Assembly: GCA_053919585.1 (NCBI GenBank)
Contig: CM132788.1
From: Euprymna scolopes
Taxonomy: Eukaryota
Reading direction: 5' to 3' (one strand)
Length of the DNA stretch: 64,000 nt
The notes beneath the pieces were generated by a model, which had not been told where the DNA came from, ran no database searches, and saw only the letters and a program-made list of their open reading frames with translations. Shown here in pieces: positions 1 to 10,130 of the stretch. The position numbers were made by a program, and so were the translations under genes. How positions within the stretch are numbered: the first letter of the stretch is position 1; each line of letters opens with the position of its first letter.

Positions 1-88
1 AATACTGTGCTCCATATGAACTCTCTAAGGTGGTGCTCGTTATTTTATAATAGTATCTGACCTGACAGAATGGTTAATTTCCAGAATG

Positions 89-355
89 GAAATTCCAGCA
101 AAATTGTTGGTATAAACCTTCCAAGAAATTCCAGCAAAATTATTGGCATAAACCTTCCAAGAAATTCCAGCAAAATTGTTGGTATAAACCTTCTAAGAAA
201 TTCCAGCAAAATTGTTGGTATAAACCTTCCAAGAAATTCCAGCAAAATTATTGGTATAAACCTTCCAAGAAATTCCAGCAAAATTGTTGGTATAAACCTT
301 CCAAGAAATTCCAGCAAAATTGTTGGTATAAACCTTTCAAGAAATTCCAGCAAAA
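89..355 (+). repeat. 36-bp minisatellite, about 7.4 copies (GAAATTCCAGCAAAATTGTTGGTATAAACCTTCCAA)
   Basis: Head-to-tail units with no spacers; gives the NSSKIVGINLPR periodic ORF. Confidence 0.95.
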
Positions 356-862
356 GAGGTAATCAAGAAATAGAAAAATAAAACACCTTTACAAATAAAT
401 AATAGACAATGTTGTTTATCAAATCTGTGTCATATCAAGTACTTTTAAACGTGTCATATCAAAAATCATGTTATATCCAAAATAAGATCATATAATGTTT
501 TTTATGGAAATTTATTTTGCATTCAATCAGAAATTATTTTTTTCTACTTAATACTGAACATTCAATTAATAAATTCAAGTTATGCAATTCAAGAAGCTAT
601 TATTGTGTATTTAGTTTCATGCAGGAGAAAAGTGGCAAAATTGATATCCTCATCATAATGAAGTTGATCATGTCAATGTTTCTGATCTGAAAAAAGAAGT
701 TTTAAACAATTATTTATTATACAACAGATGTAATTTATATATATATATAACAGCAGATAATAACTAAATTAAATTAAATAACTAAATATTAACTGAATTA
801 AATTAAATAAATTAAAGTGACTTAATAATACAAAAAGGACATTTTTACTTACATACTATAAA

Positions 863-984
863 GTCTGCATTTCCCAGGAGCATTAAAATCAAGTTGATGT
901 TTCCTGTGAATGGTAACATGTATTATTAATTTATTTATCACAGGAAACTTCAACTTGATTTTAATGCTCCTGGGAAATGCAGAC
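863..984. repeat. Inverted repeat / MITE-like hairpin, arms about 47 bp (copies at 2544-2665 and, partly deleted, about 62561-62674)
   Basis: GTCTGCATTTCCCAGGAGCATTAAAATCAAGTTGATGTTTCCTGTGA ... TCACAGGAAACTTCAACTTGATTTTAATGCTCCTGGGAAATGCAGAC, one mismatch. Confidence 0.8.
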
Positions 985-1122
985 CTTAAACACACCTACT
1001 TTTGATCATGTTCGAACTAATTTATAGATATTTATATATTTATACATATAGATAGTAAGGACTTTTTGGATGAACATACATAATATTTCAGAACATACAT
1101 GAACATACATAATATTTTGTGT

Positions 1123-1202
1123 GTGTGTGTTTGACATAATAGACAAGAAACTCGGTGTTGTTATCAACACCGAGTTTCTTATCTATTATGTCAAACACAC
1201 AC
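1123..1202. repeat. Palindrome, 38-bp arms, 4-nt loop (second copy 2804-2883)
   Basis: GTGTGTGTTTGACATAATAGACAAGAAACTCGGTGTTG-ttat-CAACACCGAGTTTCTTATCTATTATGTCAAACACACAC, one mismatch. Confidence 0.9.
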
Positions 1203-1315
1203 TGTAACGAAGCCGGGCGACACCAGATAACCTTGCTTCCTAGGTTGAGGGTGAGTGGGATGGAGCTGGGCGAGAGGTCTCAGTCCCATCTCGTGAGAAA
1301 CCAACGAATTGTCAT
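1203..1315 (+). mobile_element. First 113 bp of the element A LTR, carried in the tandem duplication
   Basis: Identical to 2884-2996, then switches abruptly to an inverted LINE remnant. Confidence 0.9.
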
Positions 1316-1700
1316 ATGCCTTATAGAGTAGAGAATTTCATCAGTAGTGAGATACCAGTAGAATGATCCAATCATTTTCCAGTTATCTTGACAATAAATT
1401 TGATGGATGTGTTCCATTTCAGATGCTTCATCAAAACGGGAGCCATTCAGTTGTGGCCAGAGAAAAGAGGACATAGCTGGAGATCTTGTGAAGTATCTTG
1501 CCACACCTTATCAAAAGAGCCCTTCACTAATCCTGTGAGATATTTCATCACCTGTAATGTATGGAACATTGCATGTCATTAATAATAATTTTGCTGAGGT
1601 GATTCTATCACAGATTCCAGCAACTTACTCATGACACAAAGGAAATGGGTTAGAGGCAAGATGACCAATCTGGAATTTTTAAATACGGTGCTCCATATGA
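1316..1700 (-). pseudogene. Inverted remnant of CR1/L2-type LINE RT region
   Basis: Reverse complement of about 61009-61368; KMIGSFYWYLTTDEILY resembles KMVGSFYRSSRYLTADAILY of the intact LINE. Confidence 0.8.
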
Positions 1701-1769
1701 ACTCTCTAAGGTGGTGCTCGTTATTTTATAATAGTATCTGACCTGACAGAATGGTTAATTTCCAGAATG

Positions 1770-2036
1770 GAAATTCCAGCAAAATTGTTGGTATAAACCT
1801 TCCAAGAAATTCCAGCAAAATTATTGGCATAAACCTTCCAAGAAATTCCAGCAAAATTGTTGGTATAAACCTTCTAAGAAATTCCAGCAAAATTGTTGGT
1901 ATAAACCTTCCAAGAAATTCCAGCAAAATTATTGGTATAAACCTTCCAAGAAATTCCAGCAAAATTGTTGGTATAAACCTTCCAAGAAATTCCAGCAAAA
2001 TTGTTGGTATAAACCTTTCAAGAAATTCCAGCAAAA
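1770..2036 (+). repeat. 36-bp minisatellite, second copy (shorter arrays at about 61640-61740 and 62053-62130)
   Basis: Identical to 89-355. Confidence 0.95.
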
Positions 2037-2883
2037 GAGGTAATCAAGAAATAGAAAAATAAAACACCTTTACAAATAAATAATAGACAATGTTGTTTAT
2101 CAAATCTGTGTCATATCAAGTACTTTTAAACGTGTCATATCAAAAATCATGTTATATCCAAAATAAGATCATATAATGTTTTTTATGGAAATTTATTTTG
2201 CATTCAATCAGAAATTATTTTTTTCTACTTAATACTGAACATTCAATTAATAAATTCAAGTTATGCAATTCAAGAAGCTATTATTGTGTATTTAGTTTCA
2301 TGCAGGAGAAAAGTGGCAAAATTGATATCCTCATCATAATGAAGTTGATCATGTCAATGTTTCTGATCTGAAAAAAGAAGTTTTAAACAATTATTTATTA
2401 TACAACAGATGTAATTTATATATATATATAACAGCAGATAATAACTAAATTAAATTAAATAACTAAATATTAACTGAATCAAATTAAATAAATTAAAGTG
2501 ACTTAATAATACAAAAAGGACATTTTTACTTACATACTATAAAGTCTGCATTTCCCAGGAGCATTAAAATCAAGTTGATGTTTCCTGTGAATGGTAACAT
2601 GTATTATTAATTTATTTATCACAGGAAACTTCAACTTGATTTTAATGCTCCTGGGAAATGCAGACCTTAAACACACCTACTTTTGATCATGTTCGAACTA
2701 ATTTATAGATATTTATATATTTATACATATAGATAGTAAGGACTTTTTGGATGAACATACATAATATTTCAGAACATACATGAACATACATAATATTTTG
2801 TGTGTGTGTGTTTGACATAATAGACAAGAAACTCGGTGTTGTTATCAACACCGAGTTTCTTATCTATTATGTCAAACACACAC

Positions 2884-3962
2884 TGTAACGAAGCCGGGCG
2901 ACACCAGATAACCTTGCTTCCTAGGTTGAGGGTGAGTGGGATGGAGCTGGGCGAGAGGTCTCAGTCCCATCTCGTGAGAAACCAACGAATTGTCATCGGG
3001 TGACAAGTAAATTATTTGGAGTTCAAAAGGGCCAGATTAAAGATAAGCTAGATGTCGGGTTGGCGAGGAAAACGCAAGGAGGTCTGGGAAGGGTCGACGA
3101 GTAAAGTCGACGATCCGAGTGTAAATGATAACATGATTCACTTAAACCAACAAGTTGGAGATGATGAGAGAGAAAGAACAAACCCCGAAAACAATTGAAT
3201 TAGTCATTCTAATTTTAAGGGAACAAATTGGTTAAATGCCTAGACAGATAACTAATTCTCGAAATTGAATCGAGAGGGGGTCGGTTGGGAAGGAGAGAGA
3301 GAGAGAGAGAAAGAATTATGATTACCCGTCGAATAGAGAGATTGGGTCGACTACAGAAGGAAGGGGAGGATGACGTTTAATAAAACTACTGCGGAAATAG
3401 ACGACAAGAGAGAATCGGACAGTCTGTCGAACAGAGAAGTTGGGAAGCCATGCGTGCCGCTAGCCTCTTCTAATTGAGATGAAGAGAACTAACAAGACGG
3501 CCACTTAGAGTTTTTGTTTAAATACACTGTGGGGGTTGCATTCCAAGCCTGACGAAAGTATAAGTGACGAGCCAAGCCTTAATGTATACCGAATCACTAA
3601 ATGAACAGCCTAAAACTATCCTCATCGTTGTTGATTGTTTCCATTTATACTTGTGAAGACTGCCGTTCGATTTCAGCATAACCAAACTTGACTTTCCAGC
3701 CGTCGCAGACAGAGAGAGACGACCACCGACGAGAAGACGATCACGACAGAAATTACCAATAATTCCCGATTGGGCGTTACAACACTAGACGGCCAGATAC
3801 CAACGTCCAATTCGGAGAGACTCAGTAGCAGAGGGAGAGAGACGGATGCTTGTGCGGGGTCCGAGGCTCAAAGGAGCGAAAATATAGCCAACTGTCCTTA
3901 GGGTTAGTGCGTGCCGTTTTTCACCGTGCGCACGCGACCCCTGCGAATAGAGAAGGGTTATA
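2884..3962 (+). repeat. 5' LTR of element A
   Basis: TGTAAC...GTTATA; matches 17382-18456 at roughly 98% (about two dozen substitutions by eye plus a GA-tract length change). Confidence 0.93.
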
Positions 3963-3966
3963 TTAA

Positions 3967-3984
3967 TGGTGCCGTGAAGCCAGA
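3967..3984 (+). promoter_or_regulatory. Primer binding site, tRNA-His type
   Basis: TGGTGCCGTGA 4 nt after the LTR end; complementary to the tRNA-His 3' end (UCACGGCACCA). Confidence 0.8.
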
Positions 3985-4391
3985 ATGCCACACTGGTTGT
4001 CACGAAAAACAGCATCCAGATCTATCCAATAAATGATCACCGAGACGGAGGGAAGATCAGAAGAGATCAAAGAAAAAGAAAAGTAAACTAAACAGAACGT
4101 TTAGGGCTTAGCTAAGACCGTGCGGTCAAAAGCCAGCCCGTCAATTGCAGAAGTGCAGAAAAAGAGAAACAGAAGGACGAGAACAGCAAAAAGATGTAGG
4201 AAAAAGATTTTCTTTTGGTTCCTTGTTGCTTCGCTCGTTTTTTTTACAGGTACTTGTTGTCGGTGTTTTTTTTTTTTCTTTTTTTAATTGGTTGTGGTTC
4301 TAAGTGGGGATATTACTTGCGATAGGTTGTGGGGAAGAAGAAGGGAATTGGAGACTTTAAGAAGAGAAGAACGAAGAGAAGCATTACTATA

Positions 4392-5760
4392 ATGACCACC
4401 TCAGACGAAGGAGAAATAAATGAGCTAGAGGGCGTTAGTACCATAGGCGAAGGGCCCCTCGGGGGAGCAAAGAAGATGGATAAGCCCATAGGGAGGATAA
4501 GGATTCCGTCCTATGCGGGTGAACCCGCCGGACTGTAGGAGTGGCTAGCGGTAATAGAAAAGAAGAGGGTGATATACGGACTAGATGATTACGAGATGGT
4601 CCTGCTGGCTTTGGACAATGCTGCGGGACCGGTCTCAAAATTCATTGGGACAATATACGCCGACAATCAAACCGTCACTTGGTCCGAGTTGCGCGGGGCA
4701 CTGGTGAAACAATATGCCAGTGAGCGAATGGCAATTCAGGCGGTGCGAAAGTTAACACGACTGAAAATGTCGGACAAGGACGGCATCGACAAACTGGCAG
4801 AACGAATAGAGAGGCTGGCGGTGTTGGCGTTCCTGGATGAGAGGACGAGAGGCAGTGATGCCATACAGACGATACTGATTGATGCGTTTGTGGATGGTCT
4901 GAGTGACAAGGAGACCAGAAGAGATATTGTCAGGGGCCAGCCACTGTCCCTAGCAGGAGCTAAGGAATTAGCGTGGGCGAGTGTAAGGCTTGGAGAGAGA
5001 ATAGAGAGGGGCGAAAACACTAGGAAACCCCAGAAGAAAGGGAAGCCCGGGTGGAAAGAAGGGGAAGAAGACTGGGAGGCGGAGGCCAATCCAAACAGAA
5101 GAATGGCACCTCGCGCATGGGTTTTACAAACCCACTCCCGGCAGATACGGACTGATTTGTTGGACCTGCCAGAGTGAGGGGCATCGGGCGGCGGAGTGTC
5201 CCACGAGATGGGGGAGACCACCTGATCCGGTTGGACCGAACTGCGACAAATGTGGGCAGTTCGGACACGAGAACAGGGGGTGCAGAGTAGCTGGAGACAG
5301 GAGGTTGGGGGTCACTACACCCAATCATCACGTACCACCCAGATATGAGGGAAGGAACCAGGGAAACGCCAGAGGGCCGCCCCGCCGAAGGTAACTGGCA
5401 GGGTGGCCCCAGTAAAGTCGAAATCAGTAGCGTGTTGGACGTGTGGGGAGAAGAACCACTTCTCCGCCAATTGCCGGCGGCGTCAATGTTGGCAATGTGG
5501 AGAGAAGGGTCACCTAAGGAAGGGGTGCCCCTCTGGGAGGCGGTGCCAGGGCGGCATGCGCCCACCCAGGGAGACAACTGTTAGGGACCGTCAGGAGCAC
5601 CACGGCGATCCGAGGACGGATGGGTCACAAGGGGGTTTGTTGCTGCCCGCCCCCATGTCCTCGGTAGCGGGATACAGAATAAGGACCCCACAAATAGAGA
5701 GAGGGAGAGCCCAGGTGTTCTCCCTGCTCACTGAAAAAAAAGGAACTCACATGCGGAGCG
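4392..5760 (+). pseudogene. gag: gag of element A (premature TAG at 4536, frameshifts), four CCHC zinc knuckles
   Basis: Capsid-like region 4569-5100; knuckles CWTCQSEGHRAAEC, CDKCGQFGHENRGC, CWTCGEKNHFSANC, CWQCGEKGHLRKGC. Confidence 0.88.
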
Positions 5761-8700
5761 ATTGTGGGAGGTGTGCGAGTGAAGGCACTGATAGATACTG
5801 GGGCATCGATCTCACTGTTGGGGAAAGAAACGTATCAAGGACTAGCGAGAAGGGGTAGACTAGAACCGTCGGACATAGCGATCAGCCAGGCAGATGGGGA
5901 GCGAACTGCGGGTGAACGGAGTGGCATGGTTGCCCTTACAAGTAGCAGGGGGGGAGAACGAGTTTCCCTTGTATGTAACGCACGGGCTGTGCAGCGAATT
6001 GATCTTGGGGGAGGATTGGCTCCGAGCCAAGGGAGCCAGACTCAGTTTCGACCCTGCTGTACTGACGATAGGTGAAACGGAAATTCCCTTGGGAAGCGAA
6101 GAACATGACGAGTTGCCCATTTTGGCGAGCGCCGTCATGAGGATTTCGCCCAGGATGGCGATGTCTTGCGCCGGTAGGATTGAAACGGGGAAGGAAATAA
6201 AAAGGGGATTAGTCCAGATATCGCCCGTAGAGAAATACATGGATAATGAAGAGGAAGTGACGGTGAGCGAATCGGTTGTCCAAGCGTCGGGGACGATACC
6301 GGTGTTGATGCTCAACACATCGGGAAAGACGATCCGAATAGCTAAGGGAGAAGAGTTAGCATATTGCTGCCCAGTGAAGAGGACAGAAAGGGGACGGTTA
6401 GAGGAGATCCCCAGGAAAGAAGGGAGGCACAAAGCTGAACGATTGGGAGATGAGGACATTGTGGTTCCCGGACCATACAGAATAAGGACCAAACAACTGT
6501 TAGAGGATAACCGAGACGTGATAGCCTTGACTGATAGAGAGTTGGGACAGACCAAGACGGTGGAGATGGGAATTGACACAGGGGACCACCCGCCTATAAG
6601 GATGAGACCGTATAGAACCCCGATACACAAGTGAAAATTGGCTGAGGAGGCAGTGGCGGATATGTTGGAGGCAGGGATAATAGAAAGGTCCAGCTCCCCG
6701 TGGAGTTTCCCCATAGTTATTGTTGAGAAGAAGGACGGAGGTCACCGGTTTTGCATTGACTTCCGGAGACTGAACGCCGTCACTAAACCATTGGCGGTAC
6801 CCTTGCCGCTTATAGACGACATACTGGCCTTACTGGGGAGGTCCACCTGTTTTTTTACCTTGGATCTGAGGTCTGGATATTGGCAGGTGGCACTAGAGCA
6901 GAAGGATTAAGAGAAGACGGCCTTTGCCTGTCATGCGGGGCTGTTTCAGTTTAGAGTGATGCCCTTTGGGTTGTCGAATGCGCCAGGGGTATTCACCCAG
7001 TTGATGTCAATAGTATTGCGAGGCTTGGAAGATTTCGCCATGGCCTACCTGGACGACATATTGGTATTTTCGAAAAATGAGGAGGAGCACTTCAAACACC
7101 TGCAGAGGGTGTTCGATAGACTAAGGGAACACGGGTTGAAGCTGAAGCTACCCAAGTGTCAGTTCTTGAAGGATAAGACGAAGTACTTGGGGTTTATAAT
7201 AGACAGGGACGGGATTCGCCCGGACAAGGTCGAGGTCATTCGAGCCATGCCGGAACCCAAAACGGTGAGGCAGGTCCGCGGATTCATAGGTGCAATAGGT
7301 TATTACCGACGATTCGTGCCCGCATTCAGCCGATTAGCGGGACCTTTGGTAGCACTAACAAAGACATATGCCCGATTCAAGTGGACAGAAGACTGCCAAA
7401 AGGCCTTCGAGGCCCTTAAAGAACAACTGACCGCGGTGCCACTGCTGACCTACCCTGACCTGAGCAGGCCTATGGTGTTGTACACCGATGCCAGTGATAG
7501 GTGCGTGGGGGCGGTGTTGACCTAGCCTTACCCCGAAAGGGACGGCCCAATACCAGGGATACCCGAGGAGGTGCCCGTGTATTTCCTGTCACATAGATTG
7601 TCAGAGACCCTGCAGAGATGGCCGATGATAGAGAAAGAGGCATTTGCAATCATATATGCGGTGCAGAAACTAGACTACTATCTGAATGCAGCTGTCTTTA
7701 CTATCAAGACGGACCATAAACGACTCAAACACTTGTTGGAGGCCGACTGGACGAACAAAAAAATACAACAGTGGGCCTTGAAGCTTAGCGGCTATCAGTG
7801 TAAGATAGAATACCTGGCCGGTAGGGACAACACCTGCGCGGATCTGCTGTCCCGGATACCGGAGAAGTTGGAGACCGAGTCGGTCAAGTTGGAACCGGGC
7901 GTGGACGATAAGGCGTATCAGATAAACGTCATAAATTCTCATCGAAAGGGCCAGCGGCCTGAGTGGGGAAGTAGTGATGAGGAGGAACCAGAAACGATCA
8001 GGGATCCCCACTGGAGGAGCCTCATCGAGAAAGCTCAAGAGGATCAAGAAATAGCTAGTCTCCGAGCTAGCGTAGAGAAGGGTACAGCGACCAGATTTGT
8101 AATACAAGAGGGGGTGCTGTGTTATCTCTCCCAGAGGGAGGGCCGAGTGAGCGCCAAGCTGGTCATGCCGGAGGGGTTGAGAAGGGAAATATTGACCCAG
8201 TGCCACGAGGGAACTGGGCACATGGGGATCGAGAAGACATACGAATTGATAGGCCGGAATTATTACTGGCTGAGGCTGTACCAGGACGTGATAGCCCACC
8301 TGGAGAGCTGCCGCACCTGCCTACTCCAGAGTAGGAATGGAAGATCGGCCCCTCTGATGGAAACAGACATGCCAAGTTTTCCGTTTCAAAAGGTGAGCAT
8401 GGATATCTCAGGGCCATATGGAGAAACCACCGCGGGTAATCTCTACATACTTAGCTTCGTGGACTGGTTGACGAACTGGCCGGAGGCATTCGCCATACCA
8501 GATAAACAGGCACAAACTGTGTCCCATATAATACTATCAGAGATATTTCCCCGATATGGAGCCCCAGAACAGCTGGTCACGGATAACAGACCAGAGAATG
8601 TGAACCAGATCATGGCCGAGACGTTGCGAGGTCTGAACGTCCAGCACGTGACTACCTCTGTGTATCGGCCCCAAAGTAACGCCAAGGTCGAGCGGTTCCA

Positions 8701-9601
8701 CCGGACCCTGGCTGATGTGCTGGCCAAACTAGCTGAGGGCAACAGGGAGAATTGGGATTTATATCTTCCCCAAGCACTGGCGGCGGTAAGATTCACTATG
8801 AATGAAACCACGAAGGCCGCCCCTTATTACTTGCTGTTTGGAAGGGACGTGGTGTTGCCTATCGATAACTTGCTGAAACCACGCCGCAAATACCTGGGGG
8901 AAGACCACCATAAGTTGATTTTAGAAAAGCAGCACCAGATTTTTACCCAAGTTAGGAGGAGGGTCCAGAGGGCCCAGCAAAAAAGGAATTAACGAGTAAA
9001 TAAGGGAAGGAAGGAAGTTGGCTTACAAGTGGGGGACCCGGTATACTACAGGTTGCCCCTAAGAGAAGGGAAGTTAGACCAGAGATGGGCCCCCTTTTAC
9101 CAGATCGTACAGCAGACGGGACCGGTATCCTTTGTCATCTGGGACCAGGTGGCAGGGAAAACGAAACGAGTGCATGTCAATGATCTAAAGCTGGCAGAAG
9201 TGGAAGGATGGGAAGAGCCAGAGCCCATAAGAGCGAAGAGGAGGAAAATGAGACGGACCACTCTCATGGACCCAGAGGGAGTGGAATCCGATAGTGAATC
9301 AGAGTGGGGAGGAGCGGGATATCAGTTTCTCCCTCCAGCTGGTGACAGGCTTGTAAAGGAGGCGACGACCTCCTCGAGGGAGGGAGCTAAGACGGCTCCC
9401 ACGGACAGAGGAGGTCGGATCGGTGAGAATCAGGGATTAAGCCCGGGGGATGCACCGAGCGAGTGGGAAGAAGAGGATGAAGTCCCCCTTGCTCGGTTCC
9501 GGGAGAAGTGGGAAAGGGAGAAGGAAACATCGGGCGTCGAGAAGGAATTGCCCCTGAAGTTAAGGCTAAGAGGAGTAGACCACCCCGGGGGACCAGAATA
9601 G
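5761..9601 (+). pseudogene. pol: pol of element A (protease, RT, RNase H, integrase); one frameshift near 5890 and in-frame stops at 6632, 6908, 7523, 8990
   Basis: ALIDTGAS; RFCIDFRRLN, LDLRSGYWQ, MPFGLSNAP, YLDD; LYTDASD, EKE, TDH; HHCC (CHEGTGH...CRTC), D-D-E (SMDISG, VTDNRP, VERFH), GPY/F-like WAPFYQI. Confidence 0.95.
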
Positions 9602-9612
9602 AAGGAAGAAGA

Positions 9613-9789
9613 ATGGTAGTGAAGAGAAGGAAAGCTATAATTATTATTTTGTTTCTGTTGATTAGCCACCTTGGGGAAGCGGCGGCGCACCGCCGGGCCA
9701 TCATGTGTGCGGAAGGGCCCCCGTGCATGTGAGGGGCCTGGAGGGCGTGGCGCTCGCGACTCTCGGGTGTGCTGAGGAAGCGAGAATAG
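9613..9789 (+). CDS. Putative small accessory ORF between pol and env (39 aa; 58 aa if the internal TGA is a mutated sense codon)
   Basis: ATG 11 nt after the pol stop; MVVKRRKAIIIILFLLISHLGEAAAHRRAIMCAEGPPCM*GAWRAWRSRLSGVLRKRE: signal/anchor-like N-terminus and basic tail. Confidence 0.4.
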
Positions 9790-9798
9790 TCTGATGTT

Positions 9799-10095
9799 GA
9801 GAGTGATTTTAAAGCCTTTAAACTGTCGAGTGGGGACAAAATGATTGGAACAGGTTGGAAAGAGTTTAACAGTCAGAGTGATTTTAAAGCATTTAAACTG
9901 TCGAGTAAGGACAGAATGATTGGAACGGGTTGGAAGGAATTTAACAGCCAGAGTGATTTTACATCCTTTAAACTGTCGAGTAATGACAGAAGGATTGGAA
10001 CAGGTTGGAAGGAATTTGACAGTCAGAGTGGTTCTAGAGTCTTTCGAGTAATGACAGAGTGATTGGAACCTGTTGGAAAGAGTCTAACATAGAGA
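9799..10095 (+). repeat. 75-bp tandem repeat, about 4 diverging copies, upstream of env
   Basis: Unit ATGATTGGAACAGGTTGGAAAGAGTTTAACAGTCAGAGTGATTTTAAAGCATTTAAACTGTCGAGTAAGGACAGA. Confidence 0.9.
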
Positions 10096-10128
10096 GCTCA
10101 GACCGGTTCTCTACTTGTATCATTTCAG
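10084..10128 (+). promoter_or_regulatory. Putative branch point and 3' splice acceptor for env mRNA (element A)
   Basis: CTAAC at 10084, pyrimidine-rich tract, TTTCAG|GA ATG. Confidence 0.6.
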
Positions 10129-10130
10129 GA

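Larger units (their letters stand above)
1..2996. repeat. Near-identical tandem duplication, unit 1681 bp (complete copy 1316-2996; preceding copy runs off the window start to 1315)
   Basis: Sequence at x equals sequence at x+1681 (ORFs 45..353/1726..2034 and 70..381/1751..2062 are identical). I saw only about 2 substitutions. Confidence 0.95.

Noticed and set aside
89-355. 36-bp repeats as a CRISPR array
   Set aside because: No spacers, no cas genes, eukaryotic context; the unit derives from LINE sequence.
45-381. Repetitive ORFs on both strands (also 1726-2062)
   Set aside because: By-product of a stop-free 36-bp unit.
4736-8811. Long antisense ORFs over gag/pol (also in element B)
   Set aside because: Shadows of the coding strand; no motifs, and not shown to be selected.
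9841-10062. 73-aa repeat ORF
   Set aside because: Follows from the 75-bp unit; no independent coding evidence.
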